This document shows, in pieces, positions 19,687-29,255 of a DNA stretch of 64,000 nucleotides. The translations under genes and the position numbers were made by a program. The first letter of the stretch is position 1. Each line of letters opens with the position of its first letter. The notes under the pieces are model-generated. The model did not search any database. It was not told where the DNA came from and saw only the letters and a program-made list of their open reading frames with translations. Source of the DNA: an uncultured archaeon (GTDB lineage Archaea; Asgardarchaeota; Lokiarchaeia; Sigyniarchaeales; SOKP01); contig CAZALK010000001.1 of NCBI GenBank assembly GCA_964486045.1, positions 552,242 through 616,241 of the forward strand. The letters are read 5' to 3'.

Positions 19687-21002
19687 ATAGTTACTCCCGG
19701 CGTTTAGCAGGACTTACTCTGGTTGTAACCAGGATTTATCAAACTGCCACTGGCCAGGTTTCAGCTTCTGTAAAAAAGCTTTCGCTCTATCAGAAACCTA
19801 TGTTTTTGTTAAACAGTCGTCCCCCCCTAGTTATTGCAACTTGTGAGCCCCTTCACACTACCGAAGTTGCGTGAAGAAGTTCGCAAGCAAGCCTTCTCCC
19901 AAAGTTACGGCTCTAAATTGTCGATTTCCCTAGCCTCCTTTACACGAATACGCCTTAGGCTACTCACCTAGGGGCACCTGTGTCGGTTCTGGGTACGATC
20001 ACGGCATTTCTTGTTGATGTATTTTTATTAAGTCCTGGACTCAGCGGAGCCTTCCACAATTGGATGGTTATTCATGCTTTGAGCTGGGTCTAAGATTTAC
20101 TCTATTCACCAGCTTTATACATTTAAATAGGGAGATATTCGACGACCCTATTCTACTTATCCGGAACTGTCTACATACAACCATGCGTCACCGCTATTCG
20201 TAGTGCCGTGGTACAGGAATATAAACCTGTTTCCCTTTCGCGCGTACCAGTTAAGGGTGCGCTTAGGATCGACTAACTCTTCGCTGACGACGCGTTGCAA
20301 AGAAACCCTTGCCCTTTCGGCGGATGGGATTCTAACCCATCTATGCTTTTACTATTACCAGGATTTTCACTCCGAAGCGGTCCACAGGAACTCACGCACC
20401 TGCTTCAGCCCACTCCGGACGCTCCCCTACCAGATCACGGGGTTCTTCCGCCCGTGCTCTTGGGTCTCGGTGGCAGATTTAAGCCCCGTCCATTTTCGGG
20501 GCTATATTTCTCGGCAAATGAGTTGTTACACACTCGTTAGGGAATGGCTACTTCTATACCTATCCTTTTGCTGTTTTAGAAATATAACGCCCTTTCGTTT
20601 AACACTTAACCTGCACTTAGGGACCTTAACCCAAGTCTAGGTTGTTCCCTTCTCGGCGATGGACTTTACGCCCACCAACCCGTTTCCCAGAGTCTACAGT
20701 GCCAGCAAATTCGGAGTTTAAGAGCGAGGAGAGGAATTCCTTCCCCTTACCACACAATTAGTGCTCTACGTCACTGGCGACTTCGTCTGAGACTTGGCTG
20801 ACACCAACTTCGGGGAGAACCAGCTATCACCGATCTAGATTAGCCTTTTGCTCCTATTCCCAGTTCATCCAAGAGAATTGTACATCATCACTGGTGCAGA
20901 CCTCCATCGCCCTTTCGAACGACTTCATCTTGACCAGGAATAGATCGACCGGCTTCGGGTTTTACAGCAGAAACTTTTGGCCCTTTTAGACCATTCTTCT
21001 GG

Positions 21003-21089
21003 CCTAACTCCTTAGTAGGATTCGCTAAACGTTATCAGAGTGGCAAAACCACGCGTCAACGAGTAAACCTTCCTAATGTGATAGTTAGG
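21003..21089 (-). other. 23S expansion segment ES9 (H30 region), ~87 nt
   Basis: Insertion closed by CCUAACU/AGUUAGG between GGGAAACC and GGUCUAAAAGGGC. Confidence 0.7.
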
Positions 21090-22462
21090 TTGCAAGAATA
21101 TTGGTTTCCCTATGCCTTCGTGGGTGATCCACTTAAGCTTGCTACTACTGTAAACTCCCTGGCCAATGATTCCAGACTGATGATGCAACCCTAGTCCTCT
21201 GTGCTTTGACATTCCGTCACCGGAACTCATTCGCGCAGAATCTATCCTTTCAGGCTGCATCCTTACTAAGCTATTTGGTTTCAAGCACTTTTCACGACCC
21301 TTCCGGGTTACTTTTCATCTTTCGCTCACGCTACTACTTCACTATCGGTCTTGGGTTATATTTAGATTTACCAGCGTGTATCTGGTACATTCATACGAGA
21401 AAACCATCCCGCATTACTCGGGAACTCTCGCAGCAACCTTCTAGATTTTTATTACGCGGCTATCACGCTCTATGGCTCAGCTTTCCAGGAGTATTCATAT
21501 TCTCTAGAGAGGTCGTACAAGGTCCACACACCACATTTCCACTAGGTTTCCCTAGGGATTCGGTTTGATCTATTCCGCTTTCGCTCGCCGTTACTAACGG
21601 AATCACTATTGTTTTCTTTTCCTCCTGATACTAAAATGTTTTACTTCTCAGGGTTCCCCTTCCCACGAGGGAATCTTGCGGATTATTTGGCCGCAAGTGG
21701 ATGTCCTATTCGAGGATCTCGGGGTCAACGTCTTCATGCGACTAGCCCGAGCTTATCGCAGCTTGTCACGCTCTTCATCGGTTCCCAAGCCAAGATATCC
21801 ACCAAATAGCGGAGGCGTATTGGCGTCTAGTTGAGGAAAGATTCAGATTGCTTGCCTAAGGGTTTGGCATATTCGGTATTAGTAAGTTTTTATAACTTTT
21901 TTTTATAAATTATTATCAATTCTGACGATTGATAAGAAGCCTTAAATAATATGGGGAGTATGTTCCTATGAGCATGATTTATCATGCTTGGCTTCGGTTT
22001 ACTTAGACCAACCAATGTGAAGGTCAGTTTAAGCACCCACATCCTGTGGCACCATCATTTTGACCGAGGTCTTTTCTGGTGTACTTCTGTGAGGCCTAAG
22101 CCGGCTATTGGCCATATTTCATCGACTATCGATGAGATGTTTTTCTAACCAATAACTTGTCGATGACGACAATTCAAATTTTTAAAAGCATTTAATGCCA
22201 TCGACGAAGTATAAGAGTAAATACTTGGTTAAAAATTTTATGGTCTAAACACATAAACATTAAAAGGCATTATGAAGATTCTGGGGTGTAATAATTAAAA
22301 GGTTTACTACACATTTATAAATCGAAGCAAAAAGGGAAATAAATTTGAATCAGAAAATTAAGGAAATTTGAAGTTTTGAATTCGAGAACGATTAATTATT
22401 AGCAGTAAGAAAAGACGAGTTTGAAGATATCGTGGTAATATTTATAAGAATTAGGGTGTAAA

Positions 22463-23332
22463 ATGGTTAGTAAAGTATTGGTTGGTACATCTGGATGGGG
22501 ATATGATGAGTGGATTGGTCTATTTTATCCGAAGGGTTTAGAGCAGAGTGACTTTCTAAGGTATTATTCTGAAATTTTTATCACGAATGAGATTAATACG
22601 ACTTTTTACCACACACCTACAAGCAGGGTTGTAGAAAGTTGGGTAAAGAAGACTCCTAGGAACTTTTTATTTTCGGCAAAAATACCTCAAACAGTTACAC
22701 ATACTCACAAATTAGATGTTGATTTTTGCTCAAGTAATTTGGATCACTATTTAGAAGCTATGAATCCCTTAATTGAAGCGAAAAAATTGATATCATTTTT
22801 AATTCAACTTCCTCCTTCGTTTAACAAAAAAGATCATTTTAGTAACTTAAAGGAGTTTATAGAGAGTTGGCCAGGGGATCTTGAAAGAGATAATTACCAT
22901 TTAGTTGTTGAGTTTAGGCATAGCTCTTGGATTGATGAGGAAGTATTTCAGTTTTTAAGGAAGAACCATTTAACTTATTGTGCTGTAGTTGAGCCGTTAT
23001 TACCTCCGAGAATGGATGTAACTAACCCATCTTTCGTTTATATTAGATTTCATGGATATGGTAAAGAGATCTGGTTTGATTATTTTTTTAAGGAAGAAGA
23101 AATAAGGAAGTGGGCACAAACTATTAAGGATGTTATTCCAAAAGCGGAAAAAATCGGAATATATTTTAATAATCATTTTTCTGGATATGCAGTGAAAAAT
23201 TCGTTAATGATGATGAATGAATTGGGAGTTCAACCAAGAAGATCACCTGAGAATGTGAGTCTTTTGGATATTAAAAAAAAATCGGGAAAATATTCAAAAG
23301 GTCAGACGGGTTTAGATAAATTTATAAAATAA
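22463..23332 (+). CDS. DUF72 (YecE) family protein
   Basis: VGTSGWGY..W...FYP, EINTTFY, QLPPSF, VEFRH.SW, YIRFHG, YFNN. Confidence 0.95.
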   Translation: MVSKVLVGTSGWGYDEWIGLFYPKGLEQSDFLRYYSEIFITNEINTTFYHTPTSRVVESWVKKTPRNFLFSAKIPQTVTHTHKLDVDFCSSNLDHYLEAMNPLIEAKKLISFLIQLPPSFNKKDHFSNLKEFIESWPGDLERDNYHLVVEFRHSSWIDEEVFQFLRKNHLTYCAVVEPLLPPRMDVTNPSFVYIRFHGYGKEIWFDYFFKEEEIRKWAQTIKDVIPKAEKIGIYFNNHFSGYAVKNSLMMMNELGVQPRRSPENVSLLDIKKKSGKYSKGQTGLDKFIK

Positions 23333-23396
23333 AGTAACAATCCTCATCTAAAATGATTTTATTTAATTGAAAATTTAAAAAGATTTCTGAAGTAAT

Positions 23397-24404
23397 TTGA
23401 GTAAACAGAAAATAAGAATTGGATTTATTGGGGCTGGATCTATAGGTAGTTTATTTGGGGGGTATATAGCAAATATTGAGTCTGATCTTTTTGAATTAGA
23501 TGTAAATTTTTTTTGTACCGGTGATCATGCTGCAGCAATTAACCAAAACGGGTTAGAAATCGTCAAGAATCAAATTGTTCAAAAAATCAATACCATCCAT
23601 GCTTTTGAAGATGAGAAATTTATAGAAGAATGTATAAGGAATAATCCCACTTTTCGATTCGATTTTATTTTTCTTACAACAAAGACGTATGACATAGAAA
23701 CTGCAATAACCCAATATCAAAAACTTATTGAAGTTAGTAGTTGGATTGTAATTTTGCAGAATGGGATAGGGAATGAAGATATGGTAAGTAGCTATATTTC
23801 AAAATCAAAGATAATAAGAGCGGTGACAACAAATGGGGCAATGTTAAAAGATCCAGGCAAAATAATTCATACAGGTCAAGGTTTAGTAAAAATAGGCTTG
23901 GCATTCCCAGAAGATCTCAATTTGAATGAGGAAGAAGGAAAATTTAAGGAAATTAACATTGGATTGCTCTTGGATCTATTGAGATTAGGGGGTTTTGAAG
24001 CTGATATTACGGAGAATATTATTAAAGAAAGTTGGGAGAAGGTATTTGTAAATGTTGGGATTAATGCTTATGGGGCGTTAACACGGCTGAAAAATGGTGA
24101 GTTGATGAAATTTAAAGGATTAAAACATTTAATGAGTAAGGCAATTAAAGAGGCAATTGAAATCGCTAAACTAAAGCATGTTGAGCTTGCCGAGAAAGAT
24201 TTTGTGGCAATAACTTATGATGTTGCAAAGAAAACAGCGGAAAATAAGAATTCAATGCTACAGGATATTTTAAATGGAAGTTTAACCGAGATAGATTATA
24301 TAAATGGAAGAATATTAACGTATGCTAATGAGTTAGGAGTTAGGGTACCGATTAATGAAATTATAACGTATTTAATCAAAGGTTTAGAAACATCAACCGA
24401 TTGA
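23397..24404 (+). CDS. panE: 2-dehydropantoate 2-reductase
   Basis: GAGSIG, LQNGIG, WEKVFVN, NSMLQD, TEIDYING. Confidence 0.92.
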   Translation: MSKQKIRIGFIGAGSIGSLFGGYIANIESDLFELDVNFFCTGDHAAAINQNGLEIVKNQIVQKINTIHAFEDEKFIEECIRNNPTFRFDFIFLTTKTYDIETAITQYQKLIEVSSWIVILQNGIGNEDMVSSYISKSKIIRAVTTNGAMLKDPGKIIHTGQGLVKIGLAFPEDLNLNEEEGKFKEINIGLLLDLLRLGGFEADITENIIKESWEKVFVNVGINAYGALTRLKNGELMKFKGLKHLMSKAIKEAIEIAKLKHVELAEKDFVAITYDVAKKTAENKNSMLQDILNGSLTEIDYINGRILTYANELGVRVPINEIITYLIKGLETSTD

Positions 24405-24932
24405 TTTTTTTTTAGAGTTTAATGTCATGTAATAAGCGTTTTCTCCATCACGGTAATAATTTTTTTTGATGTTAATTATTTGAAATTTGAATTGCTCATA
24501 TAGTTTTATAGCGTTATAATTAGATACTCTTACTTCAAGCACATATTCTTGAATCTTATATTTTTTTACTGCTAACATACTATTTGACAACAAAACTTTT
24601 GCGATTCCTCTTTTTCGATACTCTTGCGAAACAGCAATTGATACAAGATGTCCTTTAGTAATGTATCGTATGCTATCGAGAGAAGAAGTCTTTTCAACTC
24701 TCCACATAATGTAACCGATAATTTTAGCAGCATGATTTTGAGCTACCAAGAAAGATTCTGGAAAATTATCAAGAATGCTTTTATAGAAAAAGTAGGGATA
24801 ATCTTCTGGGAGTTCTCGTTCATTAACTCCTATCACACCGTCTAAATCATCTAATGTGCATCTTCTTATTAGAGATTTTTGGCTATTTAGATAGTCTAAA
24901 GTATTGTCCTTCGTCTCTTTGTTGGTGGTCAT
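24393..24932 (-). CDS. N-terminal acetyltransferase (RimI/Ard1 family)
   Basis: LPEDY, GHLVSIAV..YRKRGIA, LEVRVSN..AI.LY, YYRDGENAY. Confidence 0.92.
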   Translation of the reverse strand: MTTNKETKDNTLDYLNSQKSLIRRCTLDDLDGVIGVNERELPEDYPYFFYKSILDNFPESFLVAQNHAAKIIGYIMWRVEKTSSLDSIRYITKGHLVSIAVSQEYRKRGIAKVLLSNSMLAVKKYKIQEYVLEVRVSNYNAIKLYEQFKFQIINIKKNYYRDGENAYYMTLNSKKKSIG

Positions 24933-25035
24933 CGTTAACCTTGTCTAAACGGTCATTTATAAAAGAATAGCATTATTTATATATAGGATATAAGAATAGA
25001 AACTTTTAAGTTTTTATGAATCCTAAAAATAAAAA

Positions 25036-25836
25036 TTATTCATCCGTTAAGATTTTAAAAGCCTCCTTCTTTTGTTTTGAAATGTAATCTATTATCAAAT
25101 CTAATGTTTTTTGGATATTCAATGTATTATCAAAATTATTTATAATTTCATGTAATTCATCGGTATTTAATTTCTTAAATTTTTTTGCGGTTTCAATCAT
25201 TTCGGGAATAGCTCTTATAACATTATCAACTATTGTAATATCTGCCCACAACGCAGTTCTACTTAATGGATTTAGATCAATAGCTATCACTTGTTTTTTT
25301 AATTTTTTCAATGTTTCAGTGCGATCACCATCTTCTAAGGGAACCATGACAACATCCGCTCTTGCGATAAAATCTACTTTTCTTCTATTACTTTCAAGTC
25401 CATCTAGTATAGTCATCTCATTTTCATTAGTTCCTTTAATATTAGCAGCTCCCGCGTTTTTTAAAACATTAGTGATTGCTTGAACTCGACCTTCCTTAAA
25501 ATAAAACAAATTTATTTCAAGGGGTATGTTTAATAATTTAGATAAACCAGCGAGTTCATTTGGTACTAGAGCCGCTACATTTCCATTTACACTGATAACA
25601 GGATTTTCTGCAACCAACAACGCAGCTACAGCTGCTTGTATTGCATCTTTAGCTGTTTTGGTTGTTTTTTCACCTATAATATAATCAAAACATTCACCTC
25701 GACCATGTGCTATTAAACCTGCTTCTGCAACAACTAAATTCTTCATACCTTCGATAATTTTATGTCGATATTTTAGGCTAGTATAGCGAGGGTGTGATTT
25801 AGGAACATCCTGGTCAATGTTTTGGTTCAAAGGCAT
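25036..25836 (-). CDS. phosphopantothenate synthetase (archaeal PPS)
   Basis: P.SHPRY.SL..R, IAHGRGE.FDY, SVNGN, VPLEDGDR, IDLNPLSRT. Confidence 0.93.
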   Translation of the reverse strand: MPLNQNIDQDVPKSHPRYTSLKYRHKIIEGMKNLVVAEAGLIAHGRGECFDYIIGEKTTKTAKDAIQAAVAALLVAENPVISVNGNVAALVPNELAGLSKLLNIPLEINLFYFKEGRVQAITNVLKNAGAANIKGTNENEMTILDGLESNRRKVDFIARADVVMVPLEDGDRTETLKKLKKQVIAIDLNPLSRTALWADITIVDNVIRAIPEMIETAKKFKKLNTDELHEIINNFDNTLNIQKTLDLIIDYISKQKKEAFKILTDE

Positions 25837-25925
25837 ATTATTTCACATGATTTAAATATTGATCTTTATATAAATTGGTATAAAGAAAAAATATTAATCT
25901 TTTGGATAATTTTAAACCATTATAG

Positions 25926-27206
25926 ATGGTTATGAGTACAGGTACAAAAAAGATGTCGAATGATTTACAGATCTACAAGACGAAAAAATTATTAAGTGAT
26001 CTTAAAAAAAAAAAAGGGTTTCATACAGAATTAATTTCATTATATATTCCTCACGATAGGAAGATTTCGGATGTTACGAATCACTTAAAGAATGAAGTGA
26101 GTGAAAGTCAAAATATTAAATCAAAGTTAACAAAAAAAAATGTGCTGGATAGCATTAGTAGTCTTTTAGGTAAGTTAAGAAATATAAAGGATGTACCCGA
26201 AAATGGTTTGGTTATGTTTTCTGGGGCAATCCCCCAAGGTAATACTGCAGGTACTGAGAAAAATGAGTTATACATTGTAGAACCTCCTGATCGAGTAAAA
26301 ACATTTAGGTATCACTGTGCAAGTGAATTTTTATTAGACCCTTTGGAGGATATGCTTTCTCCAAGGGAAACATTTGGATTATTAGTAATAGGACGAAAAA
26401 AGTCAGCAGCAGGATACATCAAAGGAAGTAGAGTTGAAGTAATAAAGGAATTCACTTCAGGCATTCGTTCAAAACATAGCCAAGGTGGTCAATCTCAAAG
26501 ACGATTTGAAAGGTTAAATGAAGAAGCTGAAATTGCCTTTTATAGACGAATTTCTGAAGTAATAAATGAGAAATTTTTAGGATTTGAAGATTTACAAGGT
26601 ATTTTTGTAGGAGGACCAGGTCCATCAAAAGAAAAATTTGTAAAGGATGAGAGTTTAGATTATAGATTAAGGGGAAAAATTCTAGATGTTGTAGATATTG
26701 GTTATGGTGGGCGTGACGGTATACGAGCTTTGATTGAAAAAGTTAAAGATCAGATGGTTAATGTGAAGTATATTCGTGAACAAAAGATTATGCAGCGCTT
26801 TATGAAAGAAATTACTAGTGAAACAGGATTGGCTACATATGGATTAGAAGAAATACAGAGGGCATTAAACTATGGTGCTGTCGATACTCTCTTACTTTCT
26901 GAAAAGATTGATATCTATAAAGTCAAATTAGGATGTTTTAATTGTGAATACGCTGAAGAAAGAACTGTAAAACAAAGTTTGTTAGAAAAATTTAAAAGAG
27001 ATTTGCAAGAAGAAAGTTGTTCAAATTGTGGTTCAAATGCGTTTAAAATTATCGAAATAATTTCATTAATTGAGGAACTTGGAGAAATAGCAGAATCTAC
27101 AGGTACAAAAGTAGAGATATTATCAACGGATACTGAAGAGGGTGAAATGTTGAACAGCACATTTGGTGGTATTGCGGCAATTCTCCGGTATAAAATTGAC
27201 TATTAA
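25926..27206 (+). CDS. prf1: peptide chain release factor aRF1
   Basis: TELISLYIP, NIKS, YHC, GGQS..RFER, FGGIAAILRY. Confidence 0.97.
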   Translation: MVMSTGTKKMSNDLQIYKTKKLLSDLKKKKGFHTELISLYIPHDRKISDVTNHLKNEVSESQNIKSKLTKKNVLDSISSLLGKLRNIKDVPENGLVMFSGAIPQGNTAGTEKNELYIVEPPDRVKTFRYHCASEFLLDPLEDMLSPRETFGLLVIGRKKSAAGYIKGSRVEVIKEFTSGIRSKHSQGGQSQRRFERLNEEAEIAFYRRISEVINEKFLGFEDLQGIFVGGPGPSKEKFVKDESLDYRLRGKILDVVDIGYGGRDGIRALIEKVKDQMVNVKYIREQKIMQRFMKEITSETGLATYGLEEIQRALNYGAVDTLLLSEKIDIYKVKLGCFNCEYAEERTVKQSLLEKFKRDLQEESCSNCGSNAFKIIEIISLIEELGEIAESTGTKVEILSTDTEEGEMLNSTFGGIAAILRYKIDY

Positions 27207-27253
27207 AAAGAATAAATATTTAAAAAGGATTAAATAGTAATAAAAAAGCGATA

Positions 27254-28246
27254 GTGACAAAGATGGGACTCGAGGATCAATTATTAAATTTAAAAATGAT
27301 TATGTTTGGGGGAAAAGGAGGTGTTGGAAAAACTAGTTGTGCTGCAAGCTCAGCAATTTGGGCTGCAGAGCATGGGAGAAATACGTTAATTATAAGCACT
27401 GATCCTGCACATTCATTAGGTGATAGTTTAGGTATTGAACTATCACCAGGTATACCTACACCAATCGAAGGGATTGAGAACCTTACTGCATTAGAGATTA
27501 ATCCTAAGGTAAACATATCAGAATATAAGGAATTGACAAATATTAATCCTATGGAAGAGATGGGTATGTCTGGATTGATGGATAGTTTACCGATATTTGG
27601 GGATATGGAAGAATTAGCCTCAATGACACCCCCAGGAATTGATGAGGCTTTAGCTTTTGGTAAAATTTTAGAATTTGTTGAAATGGAGCACGACTATGAT
27701 TTAATAGTATTTGATACAGCACCAACAGGACATACTCTAAGATTTTTGAGCTTACCTGAGACGTTATCTGGGTGGATTGGAAAGTTAATAAAAATGAGGT
27801 TAAAAATAGGGAATATGTTTGGAGCTGTTAAAAGGATGTTTACTCGAGAAGAAAAAAAGGAAGATAATTCATTCGAAGTTTTACAAAGGTTAAACAACGC
27901 TATTTTAAACGCGAGGGAAGATCTTACAAGCCCTGTTAAGAATTCATTTATCATCGTAATGATACCTGAAGAAATGGCAATTACTGAAACCGGACGATTA
28001 CTAAATGAATTAATCAAATATAACATTCCCGTTACCACAATAATAGTTAACCAATTGTACAAGAATCCTACGGAATTTTGTGAATTTTGCAAAGCGCGTA
28101 GAAAAATGCAACAAAAAAATTTATCAAAGATAAAGGAAATTTTTGAGGGGAAGTTAAATAAGAATTTGATCGAAGTTCCCTTATTTAAAGAAGAAGTTAG
28201 AGAATTTGAAAAGTTAAAAGAAATGGGAGAATATCTGATAAATTAA
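27254..28246 (+). CDS. ArsA/GET3 (TRC40) family ATPase
   Basis: GKGGVGKT, STDPAHSL, PGIDEA, DTAPTGHTLRFL, CEFC. Confidence 0.92.
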   Translation: MTKMGLEDQLLNLKMIMFGGKGGVGKTSCAASSAIWAAEHGRNTLIISTDPAHSLGDSLGIELSPGIPTPIEGIENLTALEINPKVNISEYKELTNINPMEEMGMSGLMDSLPIFGDMEELASMTPPGIDEALAFGKILEFVEMEHDYDLIVFDTAPTGHTLRFLSLPETLSGWIGKLIKMRLKIGNMFGAVKRMFTREEKKEDNSFEVLQRLNNAILNAREDLTSPVKNSFIIVMIPEEMAITETGRLLNELIKYNIPVTTIIVNQLYKNPTEFCEFCKARRKMQQKNLSKIKEIFEGKLNKNLIEVPLFKEEVREFEKLKEMGEYLIN

Positions 28247-28248
28247 GG

Positions 28249-29235
28249 TCATTGATTAAATTCTTTTAAAAATCGACAATAGATACATAATTGGGCTTTT
28301 CCACATGGATACCCACACGATTGACAAGTTTGGTAACCTTTTTTTTCTAATTGGTTATAAAGAATAGATGATAGTTCTAAAAATCCATTTAATAAATTGA
28401 ATTCAATTTCGGGACTATATTTTTTGCATTCTTGAATAAAATCTAAAACCCTCTTTCTGATAATTGGATCTTTTTCTCGATAAGAGCAATGTGATGGATA
28501 ATAATTAATTTTTTTTATATTCGCATAGAGGAAAATTTCTTCTTCAGGAATTCTCATTAAAGGTCTAATTTTCTTAACGAAGAATTTATTTATATTAGGA
28601 TTTTCCTCCTTAAAGATATATTGGTTTGCAATTAAGTGCAATCGTTTGTATAAAATATTCATTAGATACGTTTCAGCTATGTCAGTGAGATTATGTCCCA
28701 TTGCTAAAATCGTTCCACCTAATTCTTTTGCTCCATCATTTAATAATCTTCTCCTTATTGTTGCACAGTAATTACATGCATACTTGTAATCCGGGAGTTT
28801 CTTTTTTAGGTTTATAATCTCATCTAAAGTATACCCTATTTTTTCTTTAAAAGAGATAATTTTATGTTCAATTTCCAGTTTTTCACAATATTCTTTAGCA
28901 TTCTTAATCGAGTTCTCTCTATAATCAAAGATACCCTCATCGATAATCAAAGCAGTAAGTTCCTGAGACTGAAATTGCCTTTTTTGAATCTCGTTGAGAT
29001 TATATAGGAGAGAAAGAGAATCCTTACCACCTGACACGGCTACAATGATTTTATCATCATTTTTTAACATCTTGTATCTTGAGATGGTTTTAAATATGGA
29101 TTTTTCAATATTTTTCTCAAAGCATTGTGGACAAAGTTCTTCACCTGAATATTTTCTCTGTATTACAATTGAGTTGTTACATCTTAAACATTTACCTCTT
29201 TTTAAAAAAATATTGTAATTACCCATTAAAACCAT
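28249..29235 (-). CDS. tRNA 2-thiolation protein (TtuA/NcsA/Ctu1 family)
   Basis: N- and C-terminal Zn fingers, PP-loop SGGKDS, CNYC, GHNLTD. Confidence 0.9.
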   Translation of the reverse strand: MVLMGNYNIFLKRGKCLRCNNSIVIQRKYSGEELCPQCFEKNIEKSIFKTISRYKMLKNDDKIIVAVSGGKDSLSLLYNLNEIQKRQFQSQELTALIIDEGIFDYRENSIKNAKEYCEKLEIEHKIISFKEKIGYTLDEIINLKKKLPDYKYACNYCATIRRRLLNDGAKELGGTILAMGHNLTDIAETYLMNILYKRLHLIANQYIFKEENPNINKFFVKKIRPLMRIPEEEIFLYANIKKINYYPSHCSYREKDPIIRKRVLDFIQECKKYSPEIEFNLLNGFLELSSILYNQLEKKGYQTCQSCGYPCGKAQLCIYCRFLKEFNQ

Positions 29236-29255
29236 TTAATTGATAAATTAACAGA

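Larger units (their letters stand above)
18383..21827 (-). rRNA. rrl: 23S rRNA, stand-alone, with expansion segments and introns (ends approximate)
   Basis: Universal motifs on the reverse strand (GAUGUCGGCUC, GAGCUGGGUUCAGAC, CUUAAGGUAGC, AGUACGAGAGGAAC, UAGCUGGUUCUCC); H1 pairing GACGCCAAUAC/GUAUGGCUGUC. Confidence 0.97.

Noticed and set aside
18370-21809. ORFs in the track overlapping 18.3-21.8 kb
   Set aside because: Spurious frames within the 23S rRNA; none resembles a homing endonuclease.
21975-22330. Possible 5S rRNA, tRNA or other ncRNA upstream of 23S
   Set aside because: No recognisable motifs; best explained as the rRNA leader and promoter.
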